From: Leucoraja erinacea
Taxonomy: Eukaryota
Assembly (NCBI RefSeq): GCF_028641065.1
Contig: NC_073384.1
Span: 16,864,001-16,928,000, forward strand
DNA: 64,000 nt
Direction of reading: 5' to 3'
Below are positions 1 to 12,330 of this stretch, piece after piece. Positions within the stretch are counted from its first letter, which is position 1. Every line of letters begins with the position of its first letter. The position numbers were made by a program, and so were the translations under genes. A model generated the notes under the pieces. It did no database searches and had not been told where the DNA came from. It saw nothing but the letters and a program-made list of their open reading frames with translations.

Positions 1-452
1 GGTATGTGTAGACTGGCATCTTGGTCGAGATGGACAAGTTGGGCCGAAGGGCCCATTTCCGTGCTCTATGACCCTGACTATGAATCTATATGCATATTTA
101 CCATAAATGAATAGCTATACCAGGTAGACCATGCTCACCACGATACACTTGTAGATGTTTGATAAGAGTATTTAGCAACATGCTGAATCTCCTCAAACGT
201 CTGAGGAACTAGAAGTGACGGTGAGCTGGGTGGGAGGGTCCTGTACTGTGGAGGAGGATCTCTGTGGGAGGAGGGCGACCTCCTGGCTGGAAGGAGTTCA
301 GATCAGTGCTGCAGGATCGGGAGTTGAGTGAAGCAGCTGGGATGAGGGTTTCACTCAGTGACTGCAATGCTGGGGATACATGGGGCTTACCTCAGATAAA
401 TGTGGAGATAGTTTTCAGGTGCCTAATGTCCTCTTCCTTTCCTATCTCGCAG

Positions 453-553
453 AACTCGCTGAAGCTCCTGTATCGCTGCATGTGGCCCCACTGCCAGAAA
501 TGCCTATCATCCACTGTGGGAATACGGAGACACATTCGAACCATACACCTCGG
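453..553 (+). CDS. ZNF395/ZNF704/SLC2A4RG-family (C-clamp) zinc finger protein, internal exon encoding the C2H2 finger (gene 5' part lies outside window)
   Basis: Pyrimidine tract + AG at 451-452; reads NSLKLLYRCMWPHCQKCLSSTVGIRRHIRTIHLG; GTAAG donor at 554 (phase 2). Confidence 0.92.
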
Positions 554-599
554 GTAAGGCACTGCTCGGGGAGAGAATGGGCAGGGTTTGTGGAACCCA

Positions 600-1010
600 G
601 GGACATAAAACTCTGGTGCAGCATAGGTTGGAGCACAGGAGTGAAGCTCCATCTACACCATCCCATCGCACTTCCAGGGTCCGGCACAGTGAAGATCCCT
701 CAATACTCCCTGTCACACACACCCAGGGCATGATTCAGACACAGAGTGAATCTCCCTCTACACCATTCCATCACACATTTCCAGGGACAGATGCAGTGAA
801 GATACCTCAATCCCGCCTGCTACACACTCCTAGGCCATGGGTTAGACAGAGAGTAAAATTCCCTTTGCAGCATCCCATTAAACCCTTCCAGGATCAAACG
901 GCAAATGAAGCTCCTTCTACATTGTCTCATCACACACTCGCAGGGCACAGATTAATCAGTGAAGCTTCCTCTACACAATCCCAGTGCACACATCCATGGT
1001 CAGTCATGTA
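600..1010. repeat. Degenerate ~60-bp intronic minisatellite (agtgaagctccctctacaccatcccatcacacactcccaggg-like unit)
   Basis: About 7 imperfect copies visible. Confidence 0.7.
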
Positions 1011-1880
1011 GGTTTTCACACTGCATCTCTAAACTAAATTAAACTGGTTCCTCGTGGACTTGAGGAAAAAGTGGGTAGGTTCTCTTTGGAACCATTTGAA
1101 GGCATAACAGATGAATGGAAATATACAAAAGTGTCAACCTTTAGTAAAAGTGATTATGTCCAGGGGTAGATGGCACAGATTGAAGGAACTGAGGGCAAAT
1201 AGGAAGTGAACACAAGAAATAGGAAAATGAACAGTCAGCCCCTCGAGCCTGTCATACTATTCACTATGATCATAGCTGATCCACACTGGACTCAACTCCT
1301 CTTCGGTATCACTTCGGTGGATGACTTGATTTGTAATCATGTATAGCCTTTCCGCCGACTGGTTAGCACGCAAAAAGAGTGTTTCATTGTACCTCGGTAG
1401 GGAGTTCCCACCACTATGTAATCCCGCGCTACCTGCTCCATGGTCGGAAAGTCGGCGACTAAACCGTCTCCCCCACCTGGTTTGCCAGTGAGGAGGAGCT
1501 GTGGACCCCCAGCAGGACCAAAAACAAGACCTGTCAAAGGGCGGATGAGCTCCTAGCAAGCCAACGCCCATCCACACTTCAGTAGAAATTGCGATCACTG
1601 TCATACATAGCATTGTAAGGCACGGTGCCCGTTGATGTTTTCAACTATGATGATGATGATATTGGTACACGTGACAATAAACTAAACTCAAACTCAACCT
1701 GGTACATCCCGATCGGATGCTTTCTATGATGCACCAGTAGAGGTTGGTGAGAGTCATTGGAGACAAGCTGAACTTCCTAGGTCTCTGGGGGATGATGTGA
1801 CTGTAGATGGGGTTGGGATGGTGTGTCTTGACTGTACTCCAGAGTTTCAGATGTGATCCCTGTTGCTTTGCCCCTGACAG

Positions 1881-2145
1881 CCGCAGTGACTCGGAGCACA
1901 GTGACGGTGAGGAGGATTTCTATTACACCGAGATCGTGGAGGATGCGGAGACCGTCTCTGAAGCCCCCAGCGGCCAGCACTGTACTCCTCCTCTCACCCC
2001 TCCGCAGTGCCAACAGTTGGCAGTCAGCCCGCAGCCCCTCAACAGCCCGGATGTGCTTCCAGACGCCCTAGTCCGCAGCACGCCCCTTCTGAGCCGATCA
2101 GCCCCAAGCTGCTTGAGGCAGGTCTACGTGGACCACACCTACCAG
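1881..2145 (+). CDS. ZNF395/ZNF704-family gene, exon with SDGEEDFYYTE motif
   Basis: Acceptor cccctgacag; phase 2 joins to give G-RSDSEHSDGEEDFYYTEI...LSRSAPSCLRQVYVDHTYQ; donor GTAGG at 2146 (phase 0). Confidence 0.92.
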
Positions 2146-2189
2146 GTAGGACCAGCAGCCTAACAGTCAGGGCAGAGTGCCCTCTCCTC

Positions 2190-2610
2190 CCTGTTCTTGT
2201 CTTACCCCAGTCAGAGACCCCAGTACCCTCGCTTCGGGGAAAGACCCTGGGGTGTCAGAGGAGATCATGGGGGGGTCAGGATTAGACCCTGGTATACTCA
2301 CTTTAGGGGGAGAGATCCCGGTGTGAGGGGGAGATGCGTACCCACACCTTTGGGGGAGATTCCAGGCCTTGGTGGGTGTACCCTTGGTGTCAGGGAAACC
2401 CCATTATCCTAAAGAAATTCCTTGTCATCTCCTTTCCAAAGGTACGCCCTTTTATTCTGAGGCTCTGGGCATTGGGGGGGTTCCCCCAATGGGAGACTGC
2501 AGGACCTGCATCAGTCGGAAACCCACTTCCCATACTGGGGTCCTCCTTCATCAAGGGGAGACCCAGGTGTCGGGCGGGACTGGGTGTGTGCGTGGAGAGA
2601 CCCCGGTATC
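2190..2610. repeat. Degenerate GC-rich intronic tandem repeat (ggggagagaccc.ggtg.c-like unit)
   Basis: Recurring gagaccc/tacccc motifs. Confidence 0.45.
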
Positions 2611-2659
2611 TTTGCTGTGATCGGGGTCTGTTCAGTTATGTGATTCGATCTCTTTCCAC

Positions 2660-2690
2660 CTGAAGAAGGGTCCCGGCCCGAAACGTCACC
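2660..2690 (+). ncRNA. Minimal hammerhead-ribozyme motif in Penelope-derived short repeat (representative copy)
   Basis: CTGAAGA-A-GGGTC-CC-GGCCC-GAAAC-GTC: CUGANGA core, helix II, GAAA, palindromic ACGT helix III, GUC triplet. Confidence 0.55.
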
Positions 2691-2758
2691 AATTCCTGTT
2701 CTCCAGGGTTGCTACCCGAGCCACTGAGTTACGGTGTGTCTGTCTCCTTCCACCACAG

Positions 2759-2877
2759 GTGTCCCCAGAGCACACCCGCACCTTCACCTTTGCCAGTCTC
2801 TCCAGCCAGCCGCAAGTGGCTGTGTTCCAGCCCCACATCATCTTCGCGTCGACACCGCAGATATTCCACGGAGGCAA
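2759..2877 (+). CDS. ZNF395/ZNF704-family gene, penultimate coding exon (low-conservation linker)
   Basis: Acceptor tctccttccaccacag; open frame VSPEHTRTFTFASLSSQPQVAVFQPHIIFASTPQIFHGG; GTAAGT donor at 2878; phases 0/2 exactly bridge the flanking exons. Confidence 0.8.
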
Positions 2878-3270
2878 GTAAGTGAAGGGGGTTATATTAC
2901 GGGGTTTGGGAGACGGAGAGGGTGGTGAGTGGGCACCCGGACCACACGGCAGGGCACAGGAGAGGTGTTACAGGGTCCCAGGATTACAGGATTGGACTTC
3001 CCAACTTGGGAAGTGATAAAAGGGACACACAGTGGTGGAGTAACTCAGCCGGTCAGGCAGCATTTCTGGTGAGCATGGGCAGGTGATGTTTCGGTTTGGG
3101 ACCCTTCTTCAGACTGATTGTAAAGACGGGGTGGGGCAAGAAAGCTGGATGGGGGGAGAGGCAGGAAAAAGCATGACAGAGTTCAAGGCACTCTGCATGG
3201 CACCATCTGCATGGCGGTTTGAATAGACAGATGGTTGGAACAAAGTCTGAAGAAGAGTCTTTTCCCGAAA

Positions 3271-3496
3271 CCATATAACCATATAACATATAACAATTTA
3301 CAGCACGGAAACAGGCCATCTCGGCCCTTCTAGTCTGTGCCGAAGACTTATTCTCCCCTAGTCCCATCTACCTGCACTCAGACCATAACCCCCATTTCCT
3401 TTCCCGTCCATATACCTATCCAATTTATTTTTAAATGATAAAATCGAACCTGCCTCCACCACTTCCACTGGAAGCTCATTCCACACAGCTACCACT
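3271..3496 (-). mobile_element. CR1/HER1-type LINE 3' fragment (ataaccat tail) interrupting a Penelope-derived repeat
   Basis: Same 3' end as 12331-12630 and reverse of 62100-62352. Confidence 0.75.
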
Positions 3497-3817
3497 GCCA
3501 CAGAAATGTCACCTATTTATTTTCTCCAGAGATGACACCTGTTACTCCAGCATTTTGTGTCCATGTTTGGTTGGAACAAAGGCCAGAGATTTGTTTTCAA
3601 TGTGTGAGATTAAAGGATTGAAGTGTTGCAAGTTGTGCAGCAAGAGGAAGGAATATGGGATGGGAGAAATAGGTGCAAGTTCAGGCGGAGGTGGGGGGGG
3701 GGGGGGGGAGTAAGATAGGGGTGGAGGGGAGGGTTGTTTTGGTGGTTACTTAAATTTGGAAAACTCAATGTTTAACTTGGGCAGTGGTAACTCTGGGATT
3801 TTTTTTCCGGTTGACAG

Positions 3818-3929
3818 GAAGGTGCGCGGTGAAGCCAAGAAGTGTCGCAAGGTCTATGGCGTGGAGAACCGCAGCCAGTGGTGCACCGCCTGCAGGTGGA
3901 AGAAGGCCTGTCAGCGCTTCCATGACTGA
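3818..3929 (+). CDS. ZNF395/ZNF704-family gene, last coding exon (C-clamp/CR3 domain) with stop
   Basis: Acceptor ttttttccggttgacag; reads [37 protein letters not shown], the C-clamp signature of this family. Confidence 0.95.
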
Positions 3930-5219
3930 GCGCTGGGGCTGGCTGGGGTAGACGGGTGGGGTCCCGGAGCCCACCTCCCTGCACTGGTCCCCATGAAAGG
4001 GGAACCTCCCCAGGATCAGGACTGAGTGGATTTGCCACCAGGATCAGGACTGAGTGGATCTGTGGGACCTGCGGACACGGAATGTGACGATATTCCGGCT
4101 GCCTGTTGACGGGGTTAGGACAATCTCTGGGGCAGCTGGACCAGCTGCAATGCATTGGCTGGGAGATCATTCAGAGTACTTCCTCTGTATAGCCTATAAG
4201 GTTCTCCATTTCTGGACCTTGTTCTCCAAACCAAACTGAGCAGGGCTGCTCATGAGACAGACACCTCCTCACCGTCTCTTGGAGACTTGGCCATGGTCCT
4301 CGGCATCTCCCAGCTGTACCACCACTAGTATACCTGTGCCATGCACGCAGTTGGAGCCGGGGATGGAGTGGAGACTGGATGAACCTGGACTGTTTTTTCT
4401 AGAACTCCTTGCGAGCTCGGTTTGCCAGGGACTCTGGTGCAAGCGTCTGAAAGCTGGTGGGCCTCCATGTGTCCACAGACCATCAGTGCAGTGTTGTAGG
4501 AAGGACAATGAAGCTCCGGAACTCCACACTTGTTGCAGTCCCGGAACTCGCTGCCAGTTTGTCGAGACGCACTGACAGAAGTGACACTGTTACACAGGGA
4601 ATTCCAAGCCATTGTTTCTGATGAGAGGTCGCCAACTTAAAGTATTTTGACTGTTTCATTTTAGCCTTCAAGATTTTGTTAATTATTAAGTTAAAACAAA
4701 TATCTACTTTGTCCTCTGCATTCAACGTCATACAGCACAGAAACAGGCACTTCAGTCCAACACGTCCATGCTGACCAAGAGTCAATGCCCATTGAACCAG
4801 GTTCCATTTTCTCAGTATCTGCCATTTAAATCTAGCTTCTTTTCTTTCATTGGCTGTTCCAACAAAGGGTCTTGGACCCAAAACGTTAACCCTGTTTCTA
4901 CCTCCGCAGATGCTGTATTACTTTCTGAGTGTTTCCAGTATTATCAGTTTCTATTTCACTTTTACGCTCTCCATTAAGGCAGATTGCTGGTCTTCCTGTC
5001 ACCCTTGTTGTGAATTGCAGTCAAAAACTTGGAATGTGCCGTCGGTAGTATAGTGGCTAACTTAATGGACTGGCATGCAAAGGCCCCAACTATTGGGCAG
5101 AAGGCACAGGTTCAAATTCCACCACAGCAGGTTAGAAGAATATGGAACATATTGGTAATATCAGTGAAGGTAATCATGGAAATACTGGAGTATTGTAAAA
5201 AAGGTCACTGGTTCACCGT

Positions 5220-5660
5220 TGTGTGCAGTTCTGGCTTCCACATTACAGGAAGGGTGCAAAGGCTTTGGAGGATGCATAAGAGCTTGAACATAATTCTGCC
5301 TGGATTAGAGAGTATTAATTATAAGGAGAGGTTGGAGAAACTTGGTTCTTTTATCTGGAGATTAGAGGCTGAGAGGAGATCTGAAAGAAATTTATAAAAT
5401 CCGAGAGGCATAGATAGGGTAGACAGTCAAAACATTTATTCCAAGGCATGATTGTCAAAAACTAGAGCATGTAGCATTAATGCCAGAGAGGAAAGATTTA
5501 AAGGAAATGCTTGGGGGCATGTTTTTTATTTGGTGGTGGTGGAATCGGATATGACAGTGGTGTTGAAGAGGTTTTTAGATATGCACATGTACATAATATG
5601 GAGGGATATGGATCGCATAAAGGCAGAGGAGATTATTTTAACTTGGCATTATGTTTGGCA
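5220..5660 (+). mobile_element. Degenerate CR1-type LINE 3' fragment in 3' UTR region
   Basis: Remnant LPGLE..YKERLEKLG reading. Confidence 0.65.
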
Positions 5661-7689
5661 CAGATATTGTTTTGCCAAAAAGACTTTACTGTTTGTTATG
5701 TGCTATGTTCCAAGTCTCTCGCGGATATAGAACATAGGAACTGCAGTTTTCACCTAGACTGGAGTATATGTAACTCTAGATCCACATAAAATGGTTGATT
5801 TGTAATTGCCGTAATTTGCAATGACGTATTCTCGGATATTCTGGGATTGGCAACAAATGCAGGATTAGCCATTAAATCATATCCCCCACAAATGTCCGTG
5901 ACAGCACCTTTCCCCTTGAGCCAGTTTCCACAGTCAATAAGGAAATGCCTGATCCTATTTCTTGTGTAATTCCTGAACAATTCCAAAGGAAAACGTGGTC
6001 TAAGATAGTGCAGTTCTGTGGTTCTGTGGCTGAGGTGGGATTAGGGTTGTTTGGGTTGGTTCAAAACCTGTTAGAAAGTAGCTGTTCCTGAACCTGGTGG
6101 TGTGGGACCAGGCATTTGCACCTCTGACCTGAAAGTAGCAGCGAGATGAGAGGGTTGCACGGATAGTGGAACAAGCCTACACGAGCGCCTCCTGTAGAGG
6201 TTTTGGATGGAGTGGGGTGCAGTGCCTGGAATGGACAGGGCCAAGTCCATCCCTCACTGCAGCCTCCTACGTTCCAGTGCATAGGAATTGCCGTACCAGG
6301 ACATGATGCAACCAGTCAGGATTACCCCTGCTGGTGAGTGTTCTTATTGTGCTGTGTTTGCATATAATATACACACAGCTCCATTGTTGTTACATTTCCA
6401 TTGTATTGCGGCATATGGGTATCGCTGGCATGGCCAACATTTTCTTGGTCACACCCAGTCATCCTTCAGAGCATGGCAGTGTTTGTGTGTGTGTGTGTGG
6501 TGAAGGTTCAGTCATGGTACTGTTGTTCATAGGGTGTAGGAGAAGAATTAGGCCACTCGGCCCATCGCGTCTCCTCTGCCATTTAATCAATCATGGCTGA
6601 TCGATCTTTCCCTCCCAGCCCCTTTCTCTTGCCTTCTCCCCATAATCCCTGACAACCGTATTAATGTGTATGGAGAGCTCCAGGGTTTTTCTGTTTAAAA
6701 TGCTTGCTCCATGCTGGTGCTGACCCATGCTGGTAACTGGAGAGAAGATTCTCTGCAGCTTTCTCCCTCCTCAGTCTTCCTGTCTTGTCTTCTGACAGGG
6801 CAACACGAATATAATGAAGTGAGAGATCAGGGCTGATCAGTGGTCTGACTTCAGCTCAGAGCCACGGGTGTGTACAGGAAGATGAAGCTTAATTATTGTC
6901 TCAAGCGAATTATAATCAGTGACCATTCTGATAGAGCCTTTGAATAAACAGCAATGACATTGACTTGCTTATTTTATATAAAATGAATACAAAAGGATTG
7001 GGTGTGAGCATTAGTGACTAAGTATGCACTTGTGATGTTAACTGGGAAACTCCAATTTCCTCTCTTGTCTCTGGTGCTTATGGACATCCATAAACTAGAG
7101 GAACTAGACCATTCGGCCCATCTGCCATTCAATCTATCTTTCCTTCGTAGCCCCATGCTCCTGCCTTCTGCCCATAGCCCTGGGCACCCTTACTAATCAA
7201 GAATGTCAATCTCCACCTTAAAAATTACCATTGACTTGGTCTTCACAGCTGTCTGTGGCAATGAATTCCACAGATTCACTGAAGAAATTTCTCATTGTCT
7301 CCTTTCTAAAGGTACGACCTTTTATTATGAGGCCATGGTCTCAGGTCCTGGACTCTCCCACTAGTGGAAACATCCTCTCCACAGTTGTGGGGGTTCTGGT
7401 GTGAACTCCGGACCATTAAGATGCACCAACAGAGCTATGTGTGCATGCCCAACACTGGGAGTCTGTGCTGTAAAGGGTTGCAGGGTCAGCAGTATGGGTT
7501 ACTGGGAAGTGGAATTCAGAACTCACCGCGTATTAAACAGGCTCCATCCTGTTAATAGTGATAATAAGGTTCAGGGCTAGAGGGATTACACCACTTTACC
7601 CTCTTGCTGTTTCTAGAGCTACTCTGCTGCATATGCTCCACGGTGTTGTGAAATTTGGTTCCAACACTGAGACCATCTTGTGTTTCTTC

Positions 7690-7985
7690 GAGTTTAGAGA
7701 TACAGAGCGGAAACAGGCCCTTCAGCCCACCAAGTCCGCGCCGACCAGTGATCACCCTGTACACTAGCACTATCCTATGCATTAGGACCAATTTACAACC
7801 AAAGTTAATTAACCCACAAACCTGTACATCTTTGGGGTATGGAAGGAAACCGGAGCACCCGAGGGAAATCCCACACGGTCAAGGGGAGAAAGTACAAAAT
7901 CCTTACAGACAGCGCCCGTAGTCAGGATCGAACCCGGGTCTCTGGCGCTGTAAGGCAGCAACTCTACTGCGGTACCATGTCGCCC
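7690..7985 (-). mobile_element. HE1-type tRNA-derived SINE
   Basis: tRNA-like head (A/B-box-like GGCACGGTGGTGCAG...GGTTCGATCC) and LINE-shared 3' tail ...gtatctctaaac. Confidence 0.8.
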
Positions 7986-8239
7986 CTTTTTTGCTGGGTC
8001 TGGAGCAGTGCTAACCATTTGATCATTTCTAAGTGATCCATACAATGAATTGTTTCCAAATTTGGAATAATTGTGCCATGGAATAATGGGTGTGTTCTGC
8101 ACACTGATCTATGGCACTGTTCTGACAAGGGCAATGGGGAGCAGAGGTGGGTTCATATATACTATTGGGCTGAATGCAAGGGTCCCAGTTTTAAACCTTT
8201 TGCCTAGCAATTGTAACATGGGATGACTGACAGCCTTCT

Positions 8240-8295
8240 TTGTACATTTCATGAAACTTTATAATTTTAAATAAAAAATCGAAAAATAAAAATTG
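8240..8295 (+). terminator. Candidate polyadenylation signals of the zinc-finger gene (long 3' UTR)
   Basis: TGTA upstream element, AATAAA at 8270 and 8285, T-rich downstream; another AATAAA at 6943. Confidence 0.4.
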
Positions 8296-8657
8296 AGTAT
8301 TTAAATTCATATTTTTATTCGTTTTTCAGGATTTATCGCCCATTCCTAATTGCCCACGAGAAGGAAGGGGAGTGCTGCCTCCTTCCCTCGCTGCAGTTCT
8401 TGCAGTAAAGGCGCTCCCACAGTGCTGTTGGGATGGGAGTTGCAGGATTTGGACCCAGTGATCGAAGGACCCCTGGTGTGTTACCATGTCTGGATGGTGT
8501 GCGGTTTAGATAGGAACCAGCAGGTGGGGGTGTTTCCACATGTCCAGCTCAAAGAGAGAGAAGCCACCTCAATCCTTATTACACTGATTAAATCATTCTA
8601 CATCTGATTCCAAACACATGTTCATAAGTGATAGGGGCAGAATTCAGCCCATCAACT

Positions 8658-9821
8658 AAACATAGAAACATAGAAAATAGGTGCAGGAGTAGGCCATTCG
8701 GCCCTTCGAGCCTGCACCGCCATTCAGTATGATCATGGCTGATCATCCAACTCAGTATCCCGTACCTGCCTTCTCTCCGTACCCCCTGACCCCCCCCCAG
8801 CCACAAGGGCCCCTTCCAACTCCCTCTTAAATATAGCCAATAAACTGGCCTCAACTACCCTCTGTGGCAGAGAATTCCAGAGATTCACCACTCTCTGTGT
8901 GAAACAAGTTCTTCTCATCTCGGTTTTAAAGGATTTCCCCCTTATCCTTAAGCTGGGACCCCTTGTCCTGGACTTCCCCAACATCCGGAACAATCTTCCT
9001 GCATCTAGCCTGTCCAACCCCTTAATAATTTTGTAAGTTTCTATAAGATCCCCCCTCAATCTCCTAAATTCTAGAGAGTATGAACCAAGTCTATCCAGTC
9101 TTTCTTCATAAGACAGTCCTGACATCCCAGGAATCAGTCTGGTGAACCTTCTCTGCACTCCCTCTATGGCAATAATGTCCTTCCTCAGATTTGGAGACCA
9201 AAACTGTATGCAATACTCCAGGTGTGGTCTCACCAAGACCCCGTACAACTGCAGTAGAACCTCCCTGCTCCTATACTGAAATCCTTTTGCTATGAAAGCT
9301 AACATACCATTTGCTTTCTTCACTGCCTGCTGCACCTGCATGCCTACTTTCAATGACTGGTGTACCATGACACCCAGGTCTCGTTGCATCTTCCCTTTTC
9401 CTAATCGGCCACCATTTAGATAATAGTCTGCTTTCATGTTTTTGCCACCAAAGTGGATAACCTCACATTTATCCACATTATACTGCATCTGCCAAACATT
9501 TGCCCACTCACTCAGCCTATCCAAGTCATTTTGCAGTCTCCTAGCATCCCCCTCACAGCTAACACTGCCCCCTAGCTTAGTGTCATCCGCAAACTTGGAG
9601 ATGTTGCCTTCAATTCCCTCGTCCAGATCATTAATATATATTGTAAATAGCTGGGGTCCCAGCACTGAGCCTTGCGGTACCCCACTAGTCACTGCCTGCC
9701 ATTGTGAACAGGACCCGTTTACTCCTACTCTTTGCTTCCTGTCTGCCAGCCAGTTCTCTATCCACATCAATACTGAACCCCCAAAACCGTGTGCTTTAAG
9801 TTTGTATACTAATCTCTTCAC
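8658..9821 (-). mobile_element. 5'-truncated CR1/HER1 LINE (RT C-terminal half)
   Basis: ORF 8733-9839: [26 protein letters not shown]; (tttctatg)n tail. Confidence 0.93.
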
Positions 9822-12179
9822 CATAACTTCACCATACAATCATGGCTGACCTATCTTTTCCCCTCAACCCTAATCTCCTGCTTTCTCACCCTAACTCCTG
9901 ACACCTGCACTAATCAAGAATCTGCTTTAAAAATATCCATTGATGACTTGGCCTTCGCAGCCGTCTGGCAATTTTAATTCACTAGAATCAAATGGTCATT
10001 CAAGCATATTACCATTTGGATGGTCACCAAATCTAATAGGTGCCATGGTTATTACTGCAAAGTACCAGCAAAGCAATTCATTAAACTGTAGTGATTAGAC
10101 CAGTAAGATGCCATTCTAAAGCAAATCAACTCGGCAGAGCAACATCTTCGTAAATTTGATCTGCCTATTGTTAAAGATTTCTAGAATGTACCGCTCTGTG
10201 TAATTTACATTTTTAAGCCTGTGCTCATGAAATCTTGGAAACAGATTAACCAATCCTATCTAACTGCACATGGTCTGTGTCCTTGCATTCCATGCATGCT
10301 CACATTTCTGTCTAAATGCCTATTATACATTCCTATCATATCTTCTACCTTCACTCCTAGCAGCAGGTTCCCACCACACCCCATGCAAACAAAAACACTT
10401 TTCCCATAAATCTATTTTAAATTTTACCATCTTGCCAAAGCAGATACAATAGTTGCAATTACAAGGCTTCCAGGTGGGTATGCCCTCAGGTATTTAACAT
10501 TTAGACCCTGGGAAAAGACTCTGTGTGCACCCTAGCTATGCCTTCCATAATTTTATAAACTTTTATCAGTTCTCTTTATCAGTTTGATGCTCCAGAGTAA
10601 ACAATCCAAGTTTGTCCATACTTTGCTTATAGCTAGAACCCTCTGATCCAGACAACATCGTGGTGAACTTGAACTTGAATTTTCCATGGAGTATTGAAGG
10701 TTGAGGGACCCGATAGTAGTTTAATAAAATTATGGGAATAAATTCCATTTCCTGCATATTCAAATACCCACCAACAAATTGTATCTGCTTTCAACATCGC
10801 CACCTCTGTTGGATTATGGAAATGCAGCCGGACAGAATTCACAAATCAGTACCAAAAGATTGAAGATATGGAATGTGCGTTGTTCTCACAGAATTTATGT
10901 GGGGGAAGCGAGTAAATAAATCAGCACAACTAATATTTTTCACCTTAAGTGTCTTGATGCATGCACCTTTGTGTTATGAGAAACTGCGATATGGCCTGGT
11001 TTCTATAAACGGAACCTAGCCTGTAATGTTGTTGAAAAGATAGTTGTCAACTCTGATGATAAATTGGCAGCTCCATGCAGCATCAGGACCAGAACTACAC
11101 ACAGTACTCCAAATGCAGTATAACCAAAGCATTATACTGCCCCAGCATGACTTGCCAACGTCAATACAAAAAGCTCTAATTAATGAAGGCAAGTATAAAA
11201 GTACACCTCTTTTACCACCCTATTTATGTTGCCAATTTTAGGGAGCAATGGACTTGTTCCCCAAGATCTTTCTGTACATCTGATAATTGCTGGTTTCCGA
11301 GCTTCCCCCCAATCTAGTTTCAGTAAAAACACTGAATCAAGCACTTGAATTAACAACATTTTATTTTACCAAAAGCACGAGTCAGATTACACACTGTACC
11401 TAACCCCCACCGTGGGTTCGTCAAGTTTATTCGTCACATACACATACAAGATGTGCAGTGAAATGAAAAGTGGCAATGCTCGTGGACTTTGTGCAAAAAA
11501 CAACCAAACAAACAAACTACAAACAGAATGGAACAGATCCCTCTGTCTATCTGTTCAAGCCCTTAGGCCTCGCTCAGACAGCGACACTCCAGAAGATTGA
11601 CCTTGAGCCTTTGATTACAGCCTTTCATATGCCGCGCGAACCTGAGGGCCGAACCACACGGGGGCTCTCAGACAATGCTTAACACCCCATCCAATAGGGG
11701 TTTTGGCCCGAAACATTGCCTATTTCCTTCGCTCCATAGATGCTGCTGCACCCGCTGAGTTTCTCCAGCACTTTCATCTACCTAAAGATCCAGCAGTCAG
11801 ATTCTGCAACATTATTTACAAGCTATTTACAAAATGTATATCTAGTTTGCAACCACCCAATCCATTCTGTGCATTTGGTATCAGATTGACAAGGCTTGCA
11901 AGACTTCCTATCCTTAGCATATGAATTTTATCTAAGTTCCAGACTCTGGCACCTCTCGCAGCTTGTCCCAGCTCTGCAGATAGCTATCACAATTTGACCA
12001 AATCTCCCAGCAAGCCCTGACACTTAACCCCATTTTGAAGTCCTGACTGGTCCATTTTAGCCAGGATTAACTCCATGCTGCTAAAAGTCCTGCCATTTAC
12101 TGTATAAACACACCAGATAACCAATCTGGCTTTCTATCAACACCAAATCTCAGTAATTAATGAAAAAAAATTTGCACTC

Positions 12180-12290
12180 AGAATTTTATTATTTTATTAA
12201 GCTAAGATATGTTGACAGTCTGTTAATATTTACAGGCCTATGTTGTAAAAATCAATACTTTGTTTTTTTTTTGTACATAATGCACACTGG
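12180..12290 (-). terminator. Candidate poly(A) signal region of the receptor (AATAAA x2 on - strand)
   Basis: tttatt at ~12185 and ~12193 in AT-rich UTR-like sequence with TGTA upstream; nearer candidates (e.g. ~15391) not excluded. Confidence 0.3.
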
Positions 12291-12330
12291 GTAAAAACTA
12301 GTCACTTACAAGCATAATACACACCACACA

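Noticed and set aside
4010-4059. 22-nt direct repeat ccaggatcaggactgagtggat in the zinc-finger 3' UTR
   Set aside because: Simple local duplication with no supportable function.
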